Shown here: piece after piece, positions 20,593-32,232 of the stretch
How the letters are laid out: each line of letters starts with the position of its first letter
Position numbering within the stretch: the first letter of the stretch is position 1
The notes under the pieces: model-generated
Database searches by the model: none
What the model was told of the DNA's origin: nothing
Seen by the model: the letters and a program-made list of their open reading frames with translations, nothing else
Translations under genes and position numbers: made by a program
From: Hyphomicrobiales bacterium
Lineage (GTDB): Bacteria > Pseudomonadota > Alphaproteobacteria > Rhizobiales > Beijerinckiaceae
DNA: 64,000 nt
NCBI GenBank assembly: GCA_027489955.1
Contig: JAIXYZ010000004.1
Coordinates: 160,672 to 224,671 of the forward strand
Direction: 5' to 3'

Positions 20593-21149
20593 TCGGCTTC
20601 GCCCCTGGCGCGGCGCAGCGTCAGGTACAGCGCGCCGGCGCCGCCATGGCGCTCGGCCGCCTCGTCGAAGGCCAGCACGATCGGACGAAGGTCCGGCAGG
20701 CGCAGCCAATGGGGTACGACGCGCCGCAGCACGCCCCTTTCGCCGCCGGAGGAGGAGCCGGCGCCGCCCTTGCCCGTGACGATGAGGACGTGGCGCGCCT
20801 GGCGGGCCTGCATGCGGTGCAGGAAGCCGACCAGGGCATCGTGCGCCTCGGCCTGCGTCATGCCGTGCAGGTCCAGGATGCCGTCGATGGCCCTGCGGCC
20901 GCGCTTGAGCTCGGTCTTGTGGCGCCGCTCCAGGGGAAGGACCGGCGGCAGAGCAGGCTTGGCAGAAGCGGGCGCGGGCGATGGCGGAGCGGCGGTGCCC
21001 GTCCGCAGGGCCTTGAGGTCGAGCGCGGGCTTGCCCGGCCCGGCGGGGACATCCGCCTCGGGAACGCGGCCCGGCAGCGGCCGGACCTGCCGCGTCACGT
21101 GGCGCCACAGCGCCAGCTCGTCCGCACTCAGCCGGCGGCGGCGCGTCAT
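20589..21149 (-). CDS. Smr/MutS2-type small nuclease domain protein
   Basis: Smr domain ([23 protein letters not shown]...HVLIVTGKG). I chose the start at 21149, which forms an ATGA overlap with the mltA stop. The track ORF starts at 21182. Confidence 0.8.
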   Translation of the reverse strand: MTRRRRLSADELALWRHVTRQVRPLPGRVPEADVPAGPGKPALDLKALRTGTAAPPSPAPASAKPALPPVLPLERRHKTELKRGRRAIDGILDLHGMTQAEAHDALVGFLHRMQARQARHVLIVTGKGGAGSSSGGERGVLRRVVPHWLRLPDLRPIVLAFDEAAERHGGAGALYLTLRRARGEAE

Positions 21150-22255
21150 CGCCGCCTGCCCCCTTCCGCGGTCTTCGGCCACAGGACGATCATGTCCATG
21201 GGATGGCGAAGGCGGCTGGCGGTCAGGCCCGCCGCATCGCCGGAGCCGACGAACAGGTCGGCGCGCACCGGGCCGACGATGGCCGCGCCCGTGTCCTGCG
21301 CCACCGTCAGGCGGGCAAAGCGCTCAGGCATGCCGGGAACGCCGCCGGTATCGGCGGCAAGCACGACCGGCAGGCCATAGGGCCAGAGCGCCTTGTCGAT
21401 GGCGATGGAGCGCCCGGGCACGAGCTGGACGCCCGCCCCGCCTCGCGGACCGCGGCCGGGGTCCAGCTCGTCGGCCCAGCGAAAGAAGATGAAGGAGCGG
21501 TTCATCCGCATGATGCGCCGTCCTTCCGCCGGATTGGCGCGGATCCAGGAGACCAGCCGGTCCATGGTCGCTTCCTCCAGCGGCAGGATGCCCTCCTGCA
21601 CCATGATCCGCCCGATGGACGAATAGGGCTGGCCGTTGCGTCCGGCAAAGCCGACCCGGCGCGCCCGGCCGTCGGCGAAGCGGATCCGCGCCGAGCCCTG
21701 GACGTGGACGGTGAACGCGGCCGCCTCGTCCTCCAGGAAGACGATCGGCCGCGTTTGCGCGCCGAGCGCGCCCTCCTCGATCTCCGCGCGGGTCGGGAAC
21801 GGGTCCGGCGCCGGCGACGGCATGGCCAGGAGCGGGTGGGGATAGTGGCGGGAGGGCGCGAGGGAGCCGCGGAATTCCGGCTCGAAATAACCCGTCAGCA
21901 GCGCGCGCGCCTCGGGCACGACGCGATAGGGCTCGAAATGCCGCTCGAAGAAGGCGCGGGCGGCCGCCTTTCCCGGGCGACCGGCCGCGAGCGCAGCCCT
22001 GCACGCCTCACGGAGCGCCCGCGGGGGCGGCGCGGCGCCGGCGGCTTCCTTTCGTCCGGCGGCGAGCGCCCGGCACGTCTCGCGGAAGGCGGGGAAGGCA
22101 GCGGACTGGTCGTCGTCGCGCCAGCCGGGGACGTCGCTCCACGCCAGACGCGCCGTCGTCGCGCCGGATACCGACGGCGCGGCAAGTGCCGGTGCGGCCA
22201 AAACAAGCGCGGCCAAGGCGAGGATGGATGCGAACGGCGCAGGCAGCCTCGCCAA
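21146..22255 (-). CDS. mltA: membrane-bound lytic murein transglycosylase A
   Basis: 369 aa with a signal peptide, an MltA domain and a C-terminal 3D domain ([22 protein letters not shown]). Confidence 0.88.
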   Translation of the reverse strand: MARLPAPFASILALAALVLAAPALAAPSVSGATTARLAWSDVPGWRDDDQSAAFPAFRETCRALAAGRKEAAGAAPPPRALREACRAALAAGRPGKAAARAFFERHFEPYRVVPEARALLTGYFEPEFRGSLAPSRHYPHPLLAMPSPAPDPFPTRAEIEEGALGAQTRPIVFLEDEAAAFTVHVQGSARIRFADGRARRVGFAGRNGQPYSSIGRIMVQEGILPLEEATMDRLVSWIRANPAEGRRIMRMNRSFIFFRWADELDPGRGPRGGAGVQLVPGRSIAIDKALWPYGLPVVLAADTGGVPGMPERFARLTVAQDTGAAIVGPVRADLFVGSGDAAGLTASRLRHPMDMIVLWPKTAEGGRRR

Positions 22256-22285
22256 GGGCGGTCCTCCCTCGCGCCGCAGCGCGCG

Positions 22286-22972
22286 CTACTGGCCGCCTTC
22301 GGTGGCGACGAGGTGCCAGTTGGGATCGCGGGATCCGACCGTCCGCGCGAAGGTCCAGATGTCGGTGACGGACGCGACGGCGTCGGCACTGCCCTCCACC
22401 ACCGCACCCGATGCGTCGCGGGTGGCGCTGATGAGGCTGGAGACGAAGCGGATCGTGACCTGGGCGCTGCGGCCGCGCAGCTCGGCGGCGATGATGCGGG
22501 CCTCGTCCAGCGACACGAAGGTCGTCTCGACCCTGTGCCCGGCCTTCTCGCGCTCGGTGATGGCCGCGTCGAAACCCTCGTAGACGTCCTTGGCGAGCAG
22601 CGGCTTCAGCGCCTTGCGGTCGCCGGCGGCGAAGGCCCCTACGATCATCTCGTAGGCCATCTTGGCGCCCTCGACGAATTCGCGCGGGTCGAACGGCTCA
22701 GCGGCGGCGATGGCCTCGAGCCCCGCCATGGCGAGCGAACCCTCGTCCACCAGGCCGGTCCAGCGCTCGGCGGGCGGCACGACGGGCGCAGGGCGCTCGG
22801 CGCCCGGCAGGCGCACGACCTTGCCGTCGCCGTCCGGCAGCGGCGCGCGCTCGCGCCGCGGGAACGGATCCTGCGGAGGCTGCTCGGTGCCGGTCTTCTC
22901 GCCGAGGACCGAACGAAGGCGCCACGCGACGAAGATCGCGAGGCCGATGAAGATGATCGTCGTCAGATCCAT
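22286..22972 (-). CDS. Tim44-like domain protein (N-terminal TM anchor)
   Basis: 228 aa from the ATG at 22972: [19 protein letters not shown].... The C-terminal Tim44-like fold block is [21 protein letters not shown]. Confidence 0.8.
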   Translation of the reverse strand: MDLTTIIFIGLAIFVAWRLRSVLGEKTGTEQPPQDPFPRRERAPLPDGDGKVVRLPGAERPAPVVPPAERWTGLVDEGSLAMAGLEAIAAAEPFDPREFVEGAKMAYEMIVGAFAAGDRKALKPLLAKDVYEGFDAAITEREKAGHRVETTFVSLDEARIIAAELRGRSAQVTIRFVSSLISATRDASGAVVEGSADAVASVTDIWTFARTVGSRDPNWHLVATEGGQ

Positions 22973-23212
22973 GGGGTCTGCATTCAATCCCTGGCAGGAG
23001 CCGGCACACGGCCGTTCAATCCAGCAAGCGATATAGGCGAGCGACGCGGCAACATCCACCCTCTCCCGCCGCGGACCATGCGGCGGCCGGGCTTTTTCCG
23101 GCTTTGCAGCGTCGTGCAAGCCGTGATAGGCCGCGTCCCCGAGCCTTCCTGCTGCACGCCCGCGATCCGGCCGGCGCAGTCTTTCTCGAACATTCGTCTC
23201 AAGGAGTCCGTC

Positions 23213-23692
23213 ATGGCCGAGGGTAACGGTGGCGCCGAAGCGGCGCAGGGCCAGGGTCCGGTGCTGAACACGCTGGTCCAGTACATCAAGGATCTGTCGT
23301 TCGAGAACCCGAACGCGCCGAACTCCCTGGGACAGCAGCAGCAGCCGCCGCAGATCTCGATCCAGATCAATGTCGGCGCCCGCCAGCTCGCCGATGCCGA
23401 TTTCGAGGTGGACCTGCTTCTGGAAGGCAACGCCAAGGTCAACAACGAGGTGCTTTTCGCCTTCGAGCTGACCTATAGCGGGATCTTCCGCATCGCCGGC
23501 GTTCCCCAGGAGCAGCTGCACCCGTTCGTGATGATCGAGTGCCCGCGCATGCTGTTCCCCTTCGCGCGGCAGATCGTCGCCGAGGCGGTGCGCCATGGCG
23601 GCTTCCCGCCGCTCTACATCGATCCGGTGGATTTCGCGGCGCTCTACCGCCAGAAGCTCGCCGAGTTCCAGACCCAGCAGCCCACGGCGTAA
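23213..23692 (+). CDS. secB: protein-export chaperone SecB
   Basis: 159 aa from the ATG at 23213: ...[19 protein letters not shown]...[13 protein letters not shown].... This is the tail of an 829-aa artefactual track ORF. Confidence 0.92.
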   Translation: MAEGNGGAEAAQGQGPVLNTLVQYIKDLSFENPNAPNSLGQQQQPPQISIQINVGARQLADADFEVDLLLEGNAKVNNEVLFAFELTYSGIFRIAGVPQEQLHPFVMIECPRMLFPFARQIVAEAVRHGGFPPLYIDPVDFAALYRQKLAEFQTQQPTA

Positions 23693-23697
23693 GCCCC

Positions 23698-24402
23698 TTA
23701 CGCGGCGCTGCCGGGCTCCGGCAGGTAGCGCCGCCACACGGCTTCGGCCCCGAGCGTCGCCACGAAAGCCTCGTGCGCGGCGATCTCGGCCGGAGCGATG
23801 CGCGGCGGGAGCGGCTGCGGCCGCTGCGGCGTCTCGCCGCGTTCGGCGCCGCGGCGCACGGCGCCGCCCACCGTGAGCTCCAGGCCGGTCTGCCGGCCCC
23901 CGATCAGCTCGATATAGACTTCCGCCAGGATTTCGGCGTCCAGCAGCGCCCCGTGACGGGTGCGGCGGGAATTGTCGATCCCGTAGCGCAGGCAGAGGGC
24001 GTCCAGGCTGTTGGCCGCGCCGGGGTGCTTGCGGCGCGCGAGCAGCAGCGTATCGACTGCGTCGGACATCGGAATCGGCGGATGGCCGAGGCGGGCGAGC
24101 TCGGCGTTGAGGAAGCCAACGTCGAAGGCGGCGTTGTGGATGATCAGCCGCGCGCCCGCGATGAAGCTGCGGAAATCGTCGCAGATTTCGGCGAATTTGG
24201 GTTTGTCGGACAGGAACGCCTCGGAGAGGCCGTGGACGTTGAACGCCTCCTGCGGCATCGCACGTTCGGGGTTGATGTAGACGTGGAAGGTCCGCCCGGT
24301 CGGCAGGTGGTTCAGGAGTTCCACGCAGCCGATCTCGACGACGCGGTCGCCCGCCTGGGCATTGATGCCCGTTGTCTCGGTGTCGAGGACGATCTCGCGC
24401 AT
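23698..24402 (-). CDS. dnaQ: DNA polymerase III subunit epsilon (3'-5' exonuclease)
   Basis: MREIVLDTETTGI (Exo I), HNAAFDVGFL (Exo II) and HGALLDAEILAEVY (Exo III). The start was set at the ATG at 24402. Confidence 0.92.
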   Translation of the reverse strand: MREIVLDTETTGINAQAGDRVVEIGCVELLNHLPTGRTFHVYINPERAMPQEAFNVHGLSEAFLSDKPKFAEICDDFRSFIAGARLIIHNAAFDVGFLNAELARLGHPPIPMSDAVDTLLLARRKHPGAANSLDALCLRYGIDNSRRTRHGALLDAEILAEVYIELIGGRQTGLELTVGGAVRRGAERGETPQRPQPLPPRIAPAEIAAHEAFVATLGAEAVWRRYLPEPGSAA

Positions 24403-24412
24403 GGCCGCTCCT

Positions 24413-25009
24413 TCAGGCCCGGCCGGTGCGCCCGGCGAGGCACCTGAGGATATCGCCGACCTGGCGCCGGGCAGCATCGAGGCCACGGCCCGTGTCCACA
24501 AGGAAATGGGCCCGCCGGCGCTTCTGCGCATCGGGCAATTGTTTCACGTGAATCAGGTTGAAGCGTTCCTCGGTCATGCCCGGGCGCGCCAGCACCCGCG
24601 CGCGCTGGATGGCCGGATCGGCGGTCACGACGAGCACGGCGTCGCAGAGCGCTTCGCCCCCGGTCTCGAACAGGAGCGGGATGTCCAGCACGGCGAGGGT
24701 GGCGCCCCCCTTGCGGGCCGCCGCCAGGAATGCGTCCCGCCGGGCCGCGACCAGCGGATGCACGATCGCTTCCAGCCGGGCCATCGCCTCGGGCTTGCCG
24801 AGCACGAGCGCGCCCAGGCGGGCCCGGTCGATCCGCCCGTCCGACGCCACGCCCGGGAAGACCGCCTCCACCGGCGCCACGCCCTCGGCGGCGTAGATCG
24901 CGTGGACCGCGGCGTCCGCGTCGTGGACGGGCACGCCGCGCTCCCGGAACAGCCCGGCGGTCGTGGACTTGCCCATGCCGATGGAACCGGTGAGGCCGAG
25001 AACGAACAT
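24413..25009 (-). CDS. coaE: dephospho-CoA kinase
   Basis: 198 aa with P-loop [12 protein letters not shown]. Confidence 0.9.
   Translation of the reverse strand: MFVLGLTGSIGMGKSTTAGLFRERGVPVHDADAAVHAIYAAEGVAPVEAVFPGVASDGRIDRARLGALVLGKPEAMARLEAIVHPLVAARRDAFLAAARKGGATLAVLDIPLLFETGGEALCDAVLVVTADPAIQRARVLARPGMTEERFNLIHVKQLPDAQKRRRAHFLVDTGRGLDAARRQVGDILRCLAGRTGRA
24540..24555. other. parS-like site, 15/16 match (TGTTTCACGTGAATCA) inside coaE
   Basis: Read directly. It has a single mismatch (position 13, A to T) relative to the two perfect palindromes at 33542 and 35456. Confidence 0.45.
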
Positions 25010-25015
25010 GACCCG

Positions 25016-25888
25016 TCAGCGCCCCGGCGCGGGCGACTGGCCGAGCACGTCGGCTTCTACGAGCGCGCGCAGTTCCGGCGTGACCTGCGGGACCACGCCG
25101 AACCAGCGGGCGAAGCCGGGAACGGCCTGATGCAGCAGCATGCCCAGCCCGTCGACCACGCCAAGGCCCCGGGCGCGCGCCGCCGCCAGGATCGGCGTCT
25201 CCAGCGGAACGTAGACGATGTCGGCGACGATGGCGTGGCCCGGCAGCAGGTCGAGCCGCAGATCGAGCGGCGGCTGTCCCTTCATGCCCAGCGACGTCGT
25301 GTTCACTAGGAGATCGGCCTGCGGCAGGACCTCGGCCGCCTCGTCCAGGCCCAGCGCCGCGGCGCGGCCCGGGAACAGAGAGGCGAGGGCCTCGGCCCGT
25401 TCCCGCGTGCGATTGGCGATCAGCACGCGCGGCGCTCCGGCCTCGATCAACCCGTAGACGATCCCCCGGGCGGCACCGCCAGCGCCCAGGACGAGCGCCG
25501 TGCCGGGCCGGCCCTCCCGTGCCTGCCTCCAGCCCGGGGCGCGGTCGTCCAGATTGGCGATGAAGCCGGTGACGTCAGTGTTGTCGCCGACGATCGCCCC
25601 GTCCTCGAACCAGATCGTGTTCACCGCGCGCAGGGCCGCCGCATTGGACATCAGCCGGTCGCAGAGGGCGGCTGCAGCCTCCTTGTGCGGGATGGTGATG
25701 TTGCCGCCGACGAAACCGTTGGCCGGCATGGCGCGCACGAAGGCCTCGAATTCGGCCGGCTGCACGTCCTGCCGCGTATAGGACCCGGCGAGCCCGTGCC
25801 GTGCCAGCCAGTGGCCATGGATGAGCGGCGAGCGGGAATGGGCGATGGGATGCCCGATGACGCAGGCGCGGGGTGCGGTGTCCGGCAT
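25016..25888 (-). CDS. aroE: shikimate dehydrogenase
   Basis: 290 aa with IGHPIAHSRSPLIHGHW and the NAD(P) loop LGAGGAARG. Confidence 0.9.
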   Translation of the reverse strand: MPDTAPRACVIGHPIAHSRSPLIHGHWLARHGLAGSYTRQDVQPAEFEAFVRAMPANGFVGGNITIPHKEAAAALCDRLMSNAAALRAVNTIWFEDGAIVGDNTDVTGFIANLDDRAPGWRQAREGRPGTALVLGAGGAARGIVYGLIEAGAPRVLIANRTRERAEALASLFPGRAAALGLDEAAEVLPQADLLVNTTSLGMKGQPPLDLRLDLLPGHAIVADIVYVPLETPILAAARARGLGVVDGLGMLLHQAVPGFARWFGVVPQVTPELRALVEADVLGQSPAPGR

Positions 25889-25895
25889 GCGGGCC

Positions 25896-26726
25896 TCAGG
25901 TGACGATGAACTTCATGCGATGATCGCGGTACAGGTCGATGATCGCCGCCGCGGTTTCCTCGATGGACCGTCGCGTCACGTCGATGCTCGGCCAGCCGTG
26001 GCGCGCAAAAAGCTTGCGCGAGGACGAAATCTCCTCGGCGACCGCCTCCCGGTCGACATAAGAAGAGGTGTCCGACGCCTTCAGGCTGAGCAGGCGGTTC
26101 TGCCGGATCTGCACGATGCGCTCCGGGCTCGCGACGAGGCCGACCACGAGCGGGCGGCGGGCGGCGGCCAGGGCGGGCGGCGGCGGGACATGGGGCACGA
26201 GCGGGACGTTGGCGGTCTTGATGCCGCGATTGGCGAGATAGATGGCCGTCGGCGTCTTGGAGGTGCGGCTGACGCCGACCAGCACCACGTCGGCCTCCTC
26301 CACGTCGTCGGGAAGCTGGCCGTCGTCATGGGCGAGGGTGAAGTTCATCGCATCGATGCGGCGGAAATATTCGGCGCTGAGCGTGTGCTGGGCGCCGGGC
26401 CGGGCGGTCGAAGCCGCGCCGAGATAGGACTGGAACATCGTATGGACCGGAGCGAGGACCGAGAGATAGGGCGACCCGCTCTCCCGGCACGCATCCTCGA
26501 GCTTGGTGGTCAGTTCCGGGTCCACGAGCGTGTAGAGCACCACGCCGGGGGCGGCCTCGATCTCGCGGATGACGCGGTCGAGCTGGCTGTGGCTGCGCAC
26601 GAGCGGATAGACGTGCTCGATGGCGGAGACCCCCTCGTACTGCGCGCCGGCGGCGCGGCCGACCGCGATCAGCGTCTCGCCGGTCGCGTCGGAGACGAGG
26701 TGGAGATGGAAGTAGCTGCGGCCCAT
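25896..26726 (-). CDS. pyruvate,phosphate dikinase / PEP synthase regulatory protein (DUF299, RP001 homologue)
   Basis: [14 protein letters not shown]... and [15 protein letters not shown] (P-loop) are typical of bifunctional kinase-pyrophosphorylase PSRP/PDRP. The start could be the ATG at 26726 or 26747. Confidence 0.85.
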   Translation of the reverse strand: MGRSYFHLHLVSDATGETLIAVGRAAGAQYEGVSAIEHVYPLVRSHSQLDRVIREIEAAPGVVLYTLVDPELTTKLEDACRESGSPYLSVLAPVHTMFQSYLGAASTARPGAQHTLSAEYFRRIDAMNFTLAHDDGQLPDDVEEADVVLVGVSRTSKTPTAIYLANRGIKTANVPLVPHVPPPPALAAARRPLVVGLVASPERIVQIRQNRLLSLKASDTSSYVDREAVAEEISSSRKLFARHGWPSIDVTRRSIEETAAAIIDLYRDHRMKFIVT

Positions 26727-26984
26727 CGCGCGCCCTTTGCCGGGCATGCCCGTCGTCCCGGCTCCATCGCTTATAGGCGCTTCGACGCGTCCGGGAGAAG
26801 GCCCCGCGCAAGCTGGGGAGAAGTCGGGCCGGCCTGGGGACGGCAGACCCGGGAATCGGGAGTCAATCCTCCGGCCAAAAGGTTAGCGGGCAGCACGGTT
26901 CACAGGCGTGGTCCTGTGGGGGCGCGGCCACCCTCTATGGGGATGACGGGACGGCGAGGAGGCCGCCTCCGGCGCCTTTGGACC

Positions 26985-27001
26985 GTTAACGCTCTGTTAA
27001 C
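26985..27001. promoter_or_regulatory. CtrA-type binding site GTTAA-N7-TTAAC
   Basis: The sequence gTTAAcgctctgTTAAc was read directly. It is a perfect match to the TTAA-N7-TTAA(C) consensus of alphaproteobacterial CtrA. Confidence 0.55.
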
Positions 27002-27059
27002 CTTTCCAAATCGTGAACGGCTTTCCGGTCGCGTACGAGCCTGCGGCGCCGCGTCCGCA

Positions 27060-27079
27060 TGTGGACAGATTGTGGAGCG
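27060..27079. promoter_or_regulatory. two tandem DnaA-box-like 9-mers
   Basis: TGTGGACAG (27060-27068, 7/9 to TGTGGATAA) and TGTGGAGCG (27071-27079, 6/9) share the same orientation, with starts 11 bp apart. Confidence 0.45.
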
Positions 27080-27170
27080 TCGTGGGGCACGCTAATGCCC
27101 TCCCCTAGCAACAACATCAGATTCAAGATTTCAATGAAGAGATCGAAGGCAAGGGAAGGGCGGGAACGGG

Positions 27171-28205
27171 ATGGCTGACGAGGGCAAGCTCGTTCTGGAG
27201 GCGCTCGCCGGACGGCGTCCATCGGCGACGCCGATCTGGCTGATGCGGCAGGCCGGCCGCTACCTGCCGGAATATCGCGCGGTGCGGACGAAGGCCGGGT
27301 CCTTCCTCGACCTTTGCTACAATCCGGACCTCGCCACCGAAGTGACGCTGCAGCCCATCCGGCGCTTCGGCTTCGACGCCGCCATCCTGTTCTCGGACAT
27401 CCTCGTCGTCCCCCACGCTTTCGGGCAGAACGTCTGGTTCGCGGAGGGCGAGGGCCCCCGGCTCGATCCCATCGCCGACAGGGACGGCCTGTCGCGCATC
27501 GCGGGCACGATCGATCTGGAGCGGCTGGAGCCGGTCTTCGAGACCTTGCGCCGGCTGCGGCGTGAGCTTCCGCGTCCGGTCACGCTGCTGGGCTTTTGCG
27601 GCGCGCCCTTCACCGTGGCCAGCTACATGGTGGCCGGCAAGGGCACGCCGGACCAGGCGCCGATCCGCCTGCTCGCCTATCGCGATCCCGAATTCGTGGC
27701 CGCGCTCATCGACCGGCTGGTCGAGGGGTCGATCGCCTATCTCAGCCAGCAGATCGAGGCGGGCGCCGAAGCCGTCCAGATCTTCGAGAGCTTCGCGGGG
27801 GCCCTGCCCCCGGCGCTTCTGCCGCGCTGGTCGGTCGAGCCGGTCCGCCGCATCGCTGAAGGCGTCCGCCAGCGTCATCCCGGCGCGCGGATCATCGTGT
27901 TCGCGAAGGGAGCCGGCGCGCGGCTTGCCGATTATGCCGGCTTTGCGGACGCGCTGGGGATCGACTGGGCGAGCGATCCCGCCGAGGCCGATGGCATCGT
28001 GCCGCCCGGGCTCGCAGTCCAGGGCAATCTCGATCCGCTGGCGCTCATCGCCGGCGGAGAGGCCATGGAGACCGGCATCGATGCGGCGCTGACCGGTTTT
28101 GCCGGCCGGCCGCACATCTTCAATCTCGGCCACGGGATCAGGCCGGAGACCCCCATCGCCCATGTGGAGCGACTGGTGCAGCGGGTTCGGGAGGCGCGGG
28201 CGTGA
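27171..28205 (+). CDS. hemE: uroporphyrinogen decarboxylase
   Basis: 344 aa with [16 protein letters not shown] and other URO-D signatures. Confidence 0.95.
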   Translation: MADEGKLVLEALAGRRPSATPIWLMRQAGRYLPEYRAVRTKAGSFLDLCYNPDLATEVTLQPIRRFGFDAAILFSDILVVPHAFGQNVWFAEGEGPRLDPIADRDGLSRIAGTIDLERLEPVFETLRRLRRELPRPVTLLGFCGAPFTVASYMVAGKGTPDQAPIRLLAYRDPEFVAALIDRLVEGSIAYLSQQIEAGAEAVQIFESFAGALPPALLPRWSVEPVRRIAEGVRQRHPGARIIVFAKGAGARLADYAGFADALGIDWASDPAEADGIVPPGLAVQGNLDPLALIAGGEAMETGIDAALTGFAGRPHIFNLGHGIRPETPIAHVERLVQRVREARA

Positions 28206-28630
28206 ACCTCTATCTATGGCTCAAGGCCTTCCACATCATCGCGGTCATCGCCTGGATGGCGGGCATGCTCTATCTGCCGCGGCTGTTCGTCTACCATACC
28301 GCCGCCGCCGCCGGCTCCGTCCAGTCCGAGACCTTCAAGGTCATGGAGCGGCGCCTGCTGAAGGCGATCATCAATCCGGCCATGGCGGTCACGTGGATCC
28401 TCGGCCTGTGGCTCGTCTACGAGGCCCAGGCATGGCGGGAAGGCTGGTTCCACGGCAAGTTCGCGCTGGTCCTGGCCATGTCGGGCGTGCACGGCGTGCT
28501 GGTGAAGCACGTGAAGGCCTTCGCAGCCGACGCCAACACCCGGGATGCCCGCTATTTCCGCATCCTCAACGAGGTCCCGACCGTGCTGATGATCGGCATC
28601 GTCGTCCTCGTGGTCGTGAAGCCGTTCTGA
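28202..28630 (+). CDS. hemJ: protoporphyrinogen IX oxidase HemJ (UPF0093/CopD-like membrane protein)
   Basis: 142 aa beginning [28 protein letters not shown], typical of HemJ. It has a 4-nt overlap with hemE. Confidence 0.85.
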   Translation: MNLYLWLKAFHIIAVIAWMAGMLYLPRLFVYHTAAAAGSVQSETFKVMERRLLKAIINPAMAVTWILGLWLVYEAQAWREGWFHGKFALVLAMSGVHGVLVKHVKAFAADANTRDARYFRILNEVPTVLMIGIVVLVVVKPF

Positions 28631-28880
28631 TCGATCGGGACTTGAGGCCGTGCGCGATTCGGAGTAGTGGCTTGGGAGCCCTCCCACCACGGATCGGTGC
28701 ACGACGTTGCGGTTCCCCCTGCCGCCCGATGGCGGGGAGCGCGGAAACGACAGTCGCGTAACCGAGGTGGCGCGTCCTCCGGACACATCTGTCGCGCGAA
28801 CGCGTCCATCCCCGTCATCATCCAAAACTCCGATACCTGCCGCGCGCGGGGGTATCGTCCAAACGCCAGGATCAATCCCG

Positions 28881-30146
28881 ATGCGGGAGATCAAGCTCCA
28901 AGAGCTTAAGTCCAAGTCCCCCACCGAGCTCATTGCGGCCGCGGAGGAGCTCGAGGTCGAGAACGCCTCCACCATGCGCAAGCAGGAGCTGATGTTCGCG
29001 ATCCTGAAGCAGCACGCGGCGCGGGACGTGGAAATCATCGGCGAAGGGGTCGTGGAGGTCCTCCAGGACGGCTTCGGCTTCCTGCGCTCCTCCGATTCCA
29101 ACTATCTCGCCGGCCCGGACGACATCTACGTGTCGCCCTCCCAGATCCGGAAGTTCGGCCTCAGGACCGGCGATACGGTCGAGGGTCCGATCCGGGCGCC
29201 CAAGGAAGGCGAGCGGTACTTCGCCCTCCTCAAGGTCAACACGATCAATTTCGAGGATCCGGACAAGATCCGGCACAAGGTCCACTTCGACAACCTGACG
29301 CCGCTCTATCCCAACGAGCGCCTGAAGCTGGAAATCGAGGACCCGACGCGCAAGGACTTCTCGGCGCGCATCATCGATGTCGTCGCGCCGATCGGCAAAG
29401 GCCAGCGCGGCCTGATCGTGGCGCCGCCGCGGACCGGCAAGACGGTCCTCCTGCAGAACATCGCCCAGTCGATCACCTCCAACCATCCCGAGTGCTACCT
29501 CATCGTGCTGCTCATCGACGAGCGGCCGGAGGAGGTCACCGACATGCAGCGCTCGGTGAAGGGCGAGGTCATCTCCTCCACCTTCGACGAGCCGGCGACG
29601 CGGCACGTCCAGGTCGCGGAGATGGTGATCGAGAAGGCCAAGCGGCTCGTGGAGCACGGCCGCGACGTCGTCATCCTGCTGGACTCGATCACCCGTCTCG
29701 GCCGCGCCTACAACACCGTCGTGCCGTCCTCCGGCAAGGTGCTGACCGGCGGCGTGGACGCCAATGCCCTGCAGCGGCCCAAGCGCTTCTTCGGCGCGGC
29801 CCGCAACATCGAGGAAGGCGGCTCGCTGACGATCATCGCCACGGCGCTCATCGATACCGGCTCGCGCATGGACGAGGTGATCTTCGAGGAGTTCAAGGGC
29901 ACCGGCAATTCCGAGATCATTCTCGACCGCAAGGTGTCCGACAAGCGCACCTTCCCGGCGATCGACATCACCCGCTCCGGCACCCGCAAGGAAGAGCTGC
30001 TGGTGCCGTCGGACATCCTTAAGAAGATGTACGTGCTCCGCCGCATCCTCAATCCGATGGGCACGGTCGACGCGATCGAGTTCCTGCTGGACAAGCTCCG
30101 GCAGACCAAGACGAACGGCGACTTCTTCGATTCGATGAACACCTGA
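28881..30146 (+). CDS. rho: transcription termination factor Rho
   Basis: 421 aa from the ATG at 28881: [18 protein letters not shown]..., with P-loop APPRTGKT and the Q/R loops. The track ORF begins upstream at 28707 within the leader. Confidence 0.96.
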   Translation: MREIKLQELKSKSPTELIAAAEELEVENASTMRKQELMFAILKQHAARDVEIIGEGVVEVLQDGFGFLRSSDSNYLAGPDDIYVSPSQIRKFGLRTGDTVEGPIRAPKEGERYFALLKVNTINFEDPDKIRHKVHFDNLTPLYPNERLKLEIEDPTRKDFSARIIDVVAPIGKGQRGLIVAPPRTGKTVLLQNIAQSITSNHPECYLIVLLIDERPEEVTDMQRSVKGEVISSTFDEPATRHVQVAEMVIEKAKRLVEHGRDVVILLDSITRLGRAYNTVVPSSGKVLTGGVDANALQRPKRFFGAARNIEEGGSLTIIATALIDTGSRMDEVIFEEFKGTGNSEIILDRKVSDKRTFPAIDITRSGTRKEELLVPSDILKKMYVLRRILNPMGTVDAIEFLLDKLRQTKTNGDFFDSMNT

Positions 30147-30201
30147 GGCGTACGAGACGCCTAAAGCTGCGACGGGCGCCCCTCGGGCGCCCGTTCGCGT
30201 T

Positions 30202-32151
<1,950 letters not shown>

Positions 32152-32232
32152 GGCATCCGAACGCGCGAGCGGCGGCCCGTGTTCACCGAAAGCCCCGCCG
32201 CTGCTGACCTTCGGCACATCTTGCGGACCTCC

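Larger units (their letters stand above)
26727..27170. other. probable chromosomal replication origin (oriC, Caulobacter Cori-like)
   Basis: This is a non-coding gap between the divergent DUF299 gene and hemE. It contains a CtrA box, tandem DnaA-box-like 9-mers, three GANTC sites and an AT-rich tract at 27108-27150. See the findings. Confidence 0.6.

Noticed and set aside
22992-23007. TGGCAG-GAGCC-GGCAC, a sigma-54-like motif in the tim44/secB spacer.
   Set aside because: The GC of the -12 element is shifted by one position relative to the TGGCAC-N5-TTGC frame, and neither flanking gene is a typical RpoN target.
21203-23692. An 829-aa plus-strand ORF ending in SecB.
   Set aside because: Only the last 159 aa (from the ATG at 23213) are SecB. 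The remainder is antisense to mltA and the Tim44-like gene and is low-complexity.
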